In this document: positions 1-5,961 of the stretch, piece after piece
Position numbering within the stretch: the first letter of the stretch is position 1
Layout: every line of letters starts with the position of its first letter
DNA from: a virus
Length of the DNA: 64,000 nucleotides
Reading direction: 5' to 3' (one strand)
IMG/VR virus record: IMGVR_UViG_3300028608_000011
Span: 1-64,000 of that record
The notes under the pieces: model-generated
What the model was told of the DNA's origin: nothing
The model's input: only the letters and a program-made list of their open reading frames with translations
Database searches by the model: none
Made by a program: the position numbers and the translations under genes

Positions 1-60
1 CCATACCCCCCTAATACCCCCTACTAATAACCTATTAGGTATAGGTATAGAAGGGCGTTT

Positions 61-76
61 TGGCACGGGCCTTGCA
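61..76 (+). promoter_or_regulatory. sigma54 (RpoN) -24/-12 consensus site
   Basis: TGGCACG-GGCC-TTGCA exactly matches TGGCACG-N4-TTGCW. Confidence 0.6.
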
Positions 77-132
77 TGTAAATGCCCTTATCTTTCTGTT
101 TCCCTTCGGTAAACAACAGCACAGCCACACCT

Positions 133-327
133 TCATGGCTGCCCAGGCTTGTGACGGGTGGCGCCTCGCGGCGGGCTGGGGCGCTGGCGGGGCGGTCGCC
201 AGCCTTCACACCACGCCACACAGGCCACGCCGAGCAGTACCAGCGCGCAGCACACACCTACAGTGGCAAGGAAGCCCGCTGTGTGGCGCTCAAGGCCGAG
301 AGTGGCCAACCACGCTGCGAGGTTCAC
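133..327 (-). CDS. small hypothetical membrane protein (64 aa)
   Basis: GTG start overlaps the TGA of the upstream gene (GTGA); hydrophobic stretch AGFLATVGVCCALVLLGVACVAW followed by a basic tail. Confidence 0.45.
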   Translation of the reverse strand: MNLAAWLATLGLERHTAGFLATVGVCCALVLLGVACVAWCEGWRPPRQRPSPPRGATRHKPGQP

Positions 328-710
328 AGTTGCACCAACGGGGCGAAGTCGCTGAAGTCGGTGTGGGTGTCGCTCCACTGGTAGCCGGCAATCGCGCCGT
401 CATGCTGCGGGATGTTGGCCGCCACTGCCTCTGCCTGGCTGAAACGGCGGGTGTCGAGGAAGTACACGAACTCGCAGTGATCCTTGATGATCGAGTAGAC
501 GATCCCGTCACGCAGACCTTGGGTGTAGGCGCGCAGCTCGATGACGTCCTCGTCGGAGCAGGAGGCGCAGAACTGGCTGGTGATGTCGGTCTTGACCATG
601 GTGTCGAGCTGACTCCGCGTCAGGCGCAGGGTTTTGACGGCCTCGGCGATCTTGTACATAGCGCTGGCGACTTGCGAGGTGTGAACGATCGGGTGAGTGT
701 TCCGGAACAT
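324..710 (-). CDS. hypothetical early protein (128 aa)
   Basis: start re-assigned to ATG (MFRNTH) preceded by SD-like TAAGGTG; phage-like codon usage. Confidence 0.7.
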   Translation of the reverse strand: MFRNTHPIVHTSQVASAMYKIAEAVKTLRLTRSQLDTMVKTDITSQFCASCSDEDVIELRAYTQGLRDGIVYSIIKDHCEFVYFLDTRRFSQAEAVAANIPQHDGAIAGYQWSDTHTDFSDFAPLVQL

Positions 711-775
711 GATGGGCACCTTAGTGGCTGGACTCACGGCCACCTTTGCAAGTGGCCTCGGTCGTGGAATGAGGG

Positions 776-1243
776 TCAGGCCGACAGCGCGGCAATCTCG
801 CTGCTCAGGGTTTGATACAGGCGATCCGCTTCTTGCACGTTCAGCGCCGGGATCGGCACGCCGGTCTGCTCGCTGATCCACAGCGGCAGCTTGCGCAGGG
901 CAGTCACCACGTCGCTTTCGTGGTTCTCCTTGGCGAGCTGAAGCGCCGCGTCATAGGCACCGGGGCACTCAATGAGGTCGGCCATCTTCAGCCGGCGCAC
1001 CGGGGTCTTGGCGGTCGAACGCTGTGGCCGGAAGTTGTGATTGGTCACGCACCAGTTGCCCAGCTTCGCCACGGCGACCGCGGTGTGGGCGGCGGCAATG
1101 TAGCAGTGCAGGGGGTGACCACCGTCGAAGCGGTACACGCTGCAAGCGTAGATGTTGGTCAATGACTGGGGCAGGTCGAGGTCGGCGCTGAGGTCGATAC
1201 CGCGATCCTGAATCGAAACGGCGAGTTTGGACATGATCGACAT
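776..1243 (-). CDS. hypothetical early protein (155 aa)
   Basis: SD TAAGGA upstream of ATG; clean ORF. Confidence 0.75.
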   Translation of the reverse strand: MSIMSKLAVSIQDRGIDLSADLDLPQSLTNIYACSVYRFDGGHPLHCYIAAAHTAVAVAKLGNWCVTNHNFRPQRSTAKTPVRRLKMADLIECPGAYDAALQLAKENHESDVVTALRKLPLWISEQTGVPIPALNVQEADRLYQTLSSEIAALSA

Positions 1244-1613
1244 GGGGCTAATTCCTTAATGCTCAGGGGTAGGGTGGCGCCGCTAGTGGATACACCCACA
1301 GCGCCGTTCTCAATCGGTCTGGCGACGAGAAATTCGGGAGGAAAGTTGTTACAAAACAAAGAGTTGAATCTGTATCTACATAAAAGAAATGGCTCGGCGC
1401 CGCATGAGGCGGCACCTGCCGGTGGGGTCGTATTCACATGGCTGCCAATCTCCTTGGCTCGACGGTCTGGATGACGGCCGCCAGTCTTCTTCAGTTTTTG
1501 CTACAAAATCCTCGCTAATCAGTGGCTTGCAAGGAAAATTTCAGCTTCCTTTTTAGTTCAAACCGGCCTTTGTCGGCACCGATACGAACCGGCGCCCACA
1601 CTGGCGCGCGAAT

Positions 1614-1647
1614 AAAAAAGGCCAGGCACGGGTGAGTGTGCCTGGCC
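1614..1647 (-). terminator. Rho-independent terminator
   Basis: GGCCAGGCAC/GTGCCTGGCC stem followed by T6 on the - strand, downstream of the 1679-2092 gene. Confidence 0.75.
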
Positions 1648-1678
1648 AAGGGACTCCAGTCTGCGGAGTTCGGGAAAA

Positions 1679-2092
1679 TCAGTACATGAACCGCACCGGC
1701 AGCGGAACGATCGGGTTCGGCATGATGAACCGCGCTTTCGGCGGGGTCACCCCGGCGCCGCGCTGGTTGTACAGGTCGCGGTTCGACAACTCGGCCGGGG
1801 CATCGTTGCGGCTGGCCAGCGTCTTGCCGTTCAGGGCGCGCGTCGGGCCTTTCACTGGGGGCGCCGGGTAGATCGCCACGGCCGGCTCTTCTTCGGCGCG
1901 CTGCACTTCGCAGGTGGAACGCTGGCCCATCAGGGTCAGGGACTCGGCCATGTTGACGCAGTCGTCAAGTTCCTCAGCGGTCGGGCCTTCCCACCGCTGC
2001 ATAACCAGTCGGTCGCATTGGTCGTGGGGGGCGATTCCCGGCTGAGCAGGGGCAAGGGAGCAAGCAAGGGTAATCAGGGCGGCTGCAATCAT
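1679..2092 (-). CDS. hypothetical exported protein (137 aa)
   Basis: SD GGAG; N-terminal hydrophobic signal-like segment MIAAALITLACSLAPA; several Cys. Confidence 0.7.
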   Translation of the reverse strand: MIAAALITLACSLAPAQPGIAPHDQCDRLVMQRWEGPTAEELDDCVNMAESLTLMGQRSTCEVQRAEEEPAVAIYPAPPVKGPTRALNGKTLASRNDAPAELSNRDLYNQRGAGVTPPKARFIMPNPIVPLPVRFMY

Positions 2093-2155
2093 GGCGGTGA
2101 CTCCGTGTGTGAGCGTCGGCGGGCCTTCTGGCCCGCCGTGATGCAGGGGTTAAGG

Positions 2156-2941
2156 TTAGGCGGCTTTGTCGACCTTGCCACCGGCGCGCAGGGCTTTGCC
2201 AGCTTGGCCCGACTTGTGCAGTTCGTCGGCCTTGGCGACGTCGACCACGTCGGCGGCGGTGGCGGCGATCCCGCTTTCGGCCAGTTTCGCCAACTTGGCC
2301 TTTTCGGCTTCCACCAGTTGGGCGTCCAGCGCCAGAAACAGCGCTTTGGCTTTCGTCATGGCGGCCAGTAGTTCGTCCTCAGTGCCGACAAAACGTTGCG
2401 CTTTGAAACAGGCCAGCGCCTTGTCCGCTTGTTTGTTGAACGCGGCGGCGGTCATTTTCTCTTCCTGCTCTTCCTTTTCAACTTCTGGTTTAACCAGATT
2501 TTTAAAGGCCGAAAGAGTCAGCGCAAAGTCACCGTGCGCCATGTAGAACTTGTTACGATGCAGGCTGACCACTTCACTTTCTTCGGTCGCACCGACCGCG
2601 ATAAAGTGAGTCGCCAGAATGCTTTCTTTCTGCAACTTGGTCATCCCAACCGTGTTGTTTTCCTTGTTCCATACAACCCGTGGGCAGTGGGCAGCGATGT
2701 AGTTAAACACCTCTTTACCCGTCTTGCTCAGGGCGCCAGAAGCAAGGCGCATCACTGGCACATTGAACAGTTCGTCCATCCAGTTGCGATTACCGTGTAC
2801 CGCGATTTGCAGGGTAGCGGCGTTAGCCCAGACAGAGAGGACATCATCAAGGGAGCCAACACGCTTGGCGTAGGCGGCGATGATGGTGTTGTTTACTTGT
2901 TTGCCTTGTACGGTCAGGGTCAGAGATTGTTTACGGGCCAT
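2156..2941 (-). CDS. hypothetical early protein (261 aa), first gene of the leftward operon
   Basis: strong SD TAAGGA; long ORF with Lys/Ala-rich helical C-terminus. Confidence 0.8.
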   Translation of the reverse strand: MARKQSLTLTVQGKQVNNTIIAAYAKRVGSLDDVLSVWANAATLQIAVHGNRNWMDELFNVPVMRLASGALSKTGKEVFNYIAAHCPRVVWNKENNTVGMTKLQKESILATHFIAVGATEESEVVSLHRNKFYMAHGDFALTLSAFKNLVKPEVEKEEQEEKMTAAAFNKQADKALACFKAQRFVGTEDELLAAMTKAKALFLALDAQLVEAEKAKLAKLAESGIAATAADVVDVAKADELHKSGQAGKALRAGGKVDKAA

Positions 2942-3050
2942 GATTCTAATTCCTTATTACTAGTGAGTTATGGCAAGTACCCGATACAGGTACTTGATCT
3001 AAATCACTGGGGTTAGTGGGTTATCAAATTCTAAATGCTTAGTTCATCGT

Positions 3051-3106
3051 AGGGCAGGCTATGGCCTGCCCTGTTATCAGGGCAGGCTATGGCCTGCCCT
3101 GTTATC
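3051..3106. repeat. 28-bp tandem direct repeat x2, each unit containing a 9-bp hairpin
   Basis: AGGGCAGGC-TATG-GCCTGCCCT-GTTATC at 3051-3078 and 3079-3106. Confidence 0.95.
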
Positions 3107-3490
3107 AGGTATGTCTAACCGTTGTGTGTATGTCGGTGATACTGCATAGGTGAATCAAGTTATAGGTAATGCGCTAGTATCCCGTGCGTCTCGGTTAGCG
3201 TAGTTCGGTTAGTAATGTTAAAGAGTGATAACTATCAGGTTCGGTGCATGGCGTTTGGCTAACGTCTAACTGCCCTGTAGGCGAGTGAGTCGGCCCGATT
3301 AGTTGATACCGGTTAATGACTATCTATCCTCAGATATCCCTGTACGTGTCAGGGTGTCATGATTGTTAAAGTGATAACTAACAATCCCATCGTCTAGTAG
3401 TTTTACCGGTTACCCCATGGTGAAGCGGGTAGCCCGGTAGATAGTCAAGGGAATGATCTTGCGTGTGCTGGTAATCAGGTGGATACAGAT

Positions 3491-3515
3491 AACACTGATT
3501 ATCATTCTCGTTTGC
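3491..3515 (-). promoter_or_regulatory. Fur-box-like site
   Basis: - strand GCAAAC-GAGAATGATAATCAGTGTT; 15/19 match to GATAATGATAATCATTATC. Confidence 0.5.
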
Positions 3516-3588
3516 AAGACTTCCCCGTGCCTGGCTGTGGTCAGCCTGACAGGTGTTGTCGCGTAATCCGCATAGCGGTGAACCAGAT

Positions 3589-3600
3589 TGTTAAAGAGCG
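3589..3600 (-). promoter_or_regulatory. boxA antitermination element
   Basis: - strand CGCTCTTTAACA about 75 nt downstream of the predicted start site; variant copies at 3216-3227 and 3364-3373. Confidence 0.7.
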
Positions 3601-3681
3601 GGCGGCAGGGCCGAGGCCGAGCCAGTGGCAGGCGAGAGGCCTACCGGTGAAGCGTGTTCGTTGTTGCTTGGTACAGTTCAA

Positions 3682-3740
3682 ATACTAGAGGTATAAGACT
3701 ATAAGATCAAGTGAAAAGATGTAGAAAAATCAAAAAAGTT
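3682..3740 (-). promoter_or_regulatory. sigma70 early promoter (leftward) with UP-like A/T tract
   Basis: TTGATC-17-TAGTAT on the - strand (3710-3682), T-rich tract upstream. Confidence 0.7.
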
Positions 3741-3813
3741 TGACCCAACCCCGCCCCCTATTTTGTTGCACGGGAGAGACGTGCCTCACCGCCTAGGTCA
3801 GCGCTGGAAATTT

Positions 3814-3842
3814 TTTACTTTTTCAGATTCCGGCCCTATGCT
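3814..3842 (+). promoter_or_regulatory. sigma70-type promoter (rightward)
   Basis: TTTACT-17-TATGCT, divergent from the leftward promoter. Confidence 0.5.
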
Positions 3843-3935
3843 TCAGCCTCGCAGGCGCAAGACCCGTAAGCCCCTCCTGCCGTGTCACCCACACCCACAC
3901 CTACACCCCCATCCTCCACGACAGGAACCACCACC

Positions 3936-4397
3936 ATGACCTTCTACCCTACGATCACCATCCCGCCGGCCGTTGACACCATGGCCCGCGAACTAGCCGA
4001 GCAGGACGCAGCCCAGCGCTCCAACGTCGACACCGGCACCCTGCAGGACTGCGTGGATCGCCACGACCAGCAGACCCAGCCCTTCACCCTCAATCTCAGC
4101 GAGAACGGCGTGACCTGCGGCATCGGCCTGCGCATCGACCCAGACCAGGCCAAGTACGCCACGACCCGCCTGAAGATGACCCTGCACAGCGTGACCCCGC
4201 TCGAGACCAGCGCCGACGATCCGCTCACCCGGTGCACCTTCGGCGCGGTGTACTCGCCCAACCCCACCGAGGAAGACGGCGTCTATGGCAAGTACACCCC
4301 GTATGGACAGCTGACCTACAACGTGCGCAGCGACATCGCCGCCAACCTGATCCAGGGCCGCGCTTACTACATTGACATCTGCCTGGCTGACCTCTAA
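3936..4397 (+). CDS. hypothetical protein (153 aa) with beta-rich C-terminal domain
   Basis: SD AGGA then ATG at 3936; C-terminal motifs KYTPYG and GRAYYIDI. Confidence 0.75.
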   Translation: MTFYPTITIPPAVDTMARELAEQDAAQRSNVDTGTLQDCVDRHDQQTQPFTLNLSENGVTCGIGLRIDPDQAKYATTRLKMTLHSVTPLETSADDPLTRCTFGAVYSPNPTEEDGVYGKYTPYGQLTYNVRSDIAANLIQGRAYYIDICLADL

Positions 4398-4400
4398 TCT
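4372..4400 (+). promoter_or_regulatory. sigma70 promoter embedded in the 3' end of the gene
   Basis: TTGACA-17-TAATCT. Confidence 0.7.
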
Positions 4401-4406
4401 GCGCCG

Positions 4407-4486
4407 TGTGAGCTTTGGCAGGCACACAAACAGAATGCTCGACCCCGTGACCTCAAGGATTAGTCCTCCTTGAGGTCTTTTTCTTT
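4407..4486 (+). ncRNA. candidate ~80-nt small RNA
   Basis: bounded by the promoter at 4372-4400 and a terminator; GTGTG/CACAC hairpin and A-rich linker; no credible ORF. Confidence 0.4.
4449..4486 (+). terminator. Rho-independent terminator
   Basis: GACCTCAAGGA/TCCTTGAGGTC 11-bp stem followed by a T-tract. Confidence 0.8.
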
Positions 4487-4517
4487 CTGGACTATCCTCC
4501 GCTCGCCAATCAGCGAG
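4470..4517 (+). promoter_or_regulatory. sigma70-type promoter with the palindromic motif over +1
   Basis: TTGAGG-17-TATCCT followed by CTCGCCAATCAGCGAG (4502-4517). Confidence 0.45.
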
Positions 4518-4527
4518 AAATCCCTAC

Positions 4528-4689
4528 ATGGATGTCCAAGAAGCAATACTCATCGTGGCCTACGGCATCGTCGCCTGGCTGCCCACCCTCGACTACACCG
4601 ACTTTGCCGCCTTCGCCGTGTGTTTCTTCACCGGGTACTGGCTGCGAGGACGGGAAAAACGGAAGAAGACCAATGAGCCAGAGAACTGA
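4528..4689 (+). CDS. small membrane protein (53 aa; not in the ORF track)
   Basis: MDVQEAILIVAYGIVAWLPTLDYTDFAAFAVCFFTGYWLRGREKRKKTNEPEN; two hydrophobic segments, basic tail, GC3-rich codons. Confidence 0.6.
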   Translation: MDVQEAILIVAYGIVAWLPTLDYTDFAAFAVCFFTGYWLRGREKRKKTNEPEN

Positions 4690-5236
4690 TCACATGCCCG
4701 CGCAGCCGGTGGTAGGCCGAATAGTGCTGGGCACTGATACGCAGGGGCGCACCTACGCAGCCGGGCTTGGCGTAAGCCTGGAAGACTTGAAACACAGTGG
4801 TATGCAGATCGCCGCTGCCATCGCCGACACCCCGCTTGGGGGAGATCTGGCACAGTCAGTGCGCCTGTCAGACGACCAGATTGGGCCAACCCCGCCGGAG
4901 GATGTGTACCGTTTCCTCCAGGTCACCAAGCGCAAGGCCGACCAGCTGGAAGAGACTTACACCGAGCTGCTGCTCGAGTCCGGCGGCTACGATGAGGTCA
5001 ACCAGCGCCACCTCAGCCTGGCGCGCGATCACTTCGAGACGGCGCTGATGTTCTTGAAGCGGGCGCTGCACGGGATCAAGGTGGAAGAGCCGGCGATGAT
5101 CGGTGCCAATGGCCAGCTGACCGAGTACGGGCGCAAGCACGCCACCATCACCTCAGCCATGATCTGTGACGCGAAGATCGCTGACCCCGTTTCGCAGATC
5201 TCGGATCGCCAAATTGATGTTGACGATTGCAAGTAA
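4673..5236 (+). CDS. protein containing an Acb2/Tad1-like helical hairpin domain (candidate cyclic-nucleotide sponge)
   Basis: TKRKADQLEE ... RHLSLARDHFETALMFLKRAL resembles the Acb2/Tad1 hairpin signature; start re-assigned to ATG 4673. Confidence 0.55.
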   Translation: MSQRTDHMPAQPVVGRIVLGTDTQGRTYAAGLGVSLEDLKHSGMQIAAAIADTPLGGDLAQSVRLSDDQIGPTPPEDVYRFLQVTKRKADQLEETYTELLLESGGYDEVNQRHLSLARDHFETALMFLKRALHGIKVEEPAMIGANGQLTEYGRKHATITSAMICDAKIADPVSQISDRQIDVDDCK

Positions 5237-5253
5237 CCTCGCTAATCTGCGGG
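5220..5253 (+). promoter_or_regulatory. sigma70 promoter for the tRNA/sRNA transcript, overlapped by the palindromic motif
   Basis: TTGACG-17-TAATCT; CTCGCTAATCTGCGGG at 5238-5253. Confidence 0.7.
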
Positions 5254-5293
5254 CTACTCCAAGGCGGTGCGGCGAGTGAGCAGGACGGTTTCG

Positions 5294-5311
5294 TGAGACA
5301 AGGATGTCTCA
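5294..5311 (+). promoter_or_regulatory. CsrA/RsmA-binding hairpin
   Basis: TGAGACA-AGGA-TGTCTCA contains ACAAGGAUGU with GGA in the loop. Confidence 0.6.
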
Positions 5312-5320
5312 ACAGGTTTC

Positions 5321-5399
5321 AGAGGGTTCGCCAAGTCTGGCCAAAGGCATCGGGTTTTGATCCCGACATTCCAAGGTTCGAATCCTTGACCCTCTTCCA
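5321..5399 (+). tRNA. tRNA-Gln(UUG)
   Basis: acceptor AGAGGGT/ACCCTCT, D arm GCC..GGC, anticodon arm TCGGG-TTTTGAT-CCCGA, T arm CAAGG-TTCGAAT-CCTTG, encoded CCA. Confidence 0.92.
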
Positions 5400-5402
5400 G
5401 CA

Positions 5403-5482
5403 GTTCCGGGTGAAAGCGTCAGCCATTGCGCAGGGCTTAGGCCCAACAAGCCGGAGATGAAATGGCACCGGCGCCCGGACTC
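5403..5482 (+). ncRNA. candidate C4/IsrK-like structured small RNA
   Basis: closing stem TCCGGGTG/CGCCCGGA with internal hairpins GGGC-TTAG-GCCC and GCCGG-AGATGAAATGGCA-CCGGC. Confidence 0.4.
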
Positions 5483-5489
5483 GATGTAC

Positions 5490-5522
5490 AGAAAGCCCCG
5501 TCATCGCACGGGGCTTTCTTTT
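5490..5522 (+). terminator. Rho-independent terminator
   Basis: AGAAAGCCCCG/CGGGGCTTTCT stem followed by Ts. Confidence 0.85.
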
Positions 5523-5670
5523 GCCCGAAAACCCCGCTAATCTCCGAGTTAAGTCGGCCCGTGACCCAGTGTACCTCGTCCACGATAGACCCACGGATAA
5601 CGGCCAACGTGTGCTGTAACGGGGCAAGAAGCCCTCGCCGACGCCTACTTCAACGAACGGATTCCAGACC

Positions 5671-5961
5671 ATGCCAAGTGCCAACGCCAACATCCAAGAC
5701 CTGATCACGCTGGTGTCTCGCAACTGCGATATCACCAAAGCGGAGGCCAAGGTCTACATCGAAGCGACCCTGCAAGGGATTGTCCAGCTCGCCACCGACC
5801 GTGACAAACTGACCCTGCGCGAGTTCGGCCGATTCGAGATGCGCCACCACAAGGCCCGGATCAACAGCAAACCGATCCAGGGCGCGCCGGTGGTGATCCC
5901 GAGCCGCGAGCTGCTGCACTTCACCCCGTCGAAGCTGCTGGCCGTGGAGGTTGATTACTGA
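5671..5961 (+). CDS. HU/IHF family DNA-binding protein
   Basis: 96 aa; LTLREFGRFE...ARIN...IPSRELLHFTPSKLL fits the HU/IHF signature. Confidence 0.85.
   Translation: MPSANANIQDLITLVSRNCDITKAEAKVYIEATLQGIVQLATDRDKLTLREFGRFEMRHHKARINSKPIQGAPVVIPSRELLHFTPSKLLAVEVDY

Noticed and set aside
3051-3110. Palindromic 28-bp repeats as a mini CRISPR array
   Set aside because: The units are directly adjacent with no spacer, there are only two copies, and no cas genes are present.
3479-3688. 69-aa + strand ORF in the early leader
   Set aside because: No convincing SD, atypical codon usage, and it overlaps the leftward promoter and boxA.
3882-3935. Pro/Thr-rich N-terminal extension (CCCACA repeats) of the first rightward gene
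   Set aside because: The SD AGGA supports the ATG at 3936; the C-rich stretch is more likely untranslated leader.
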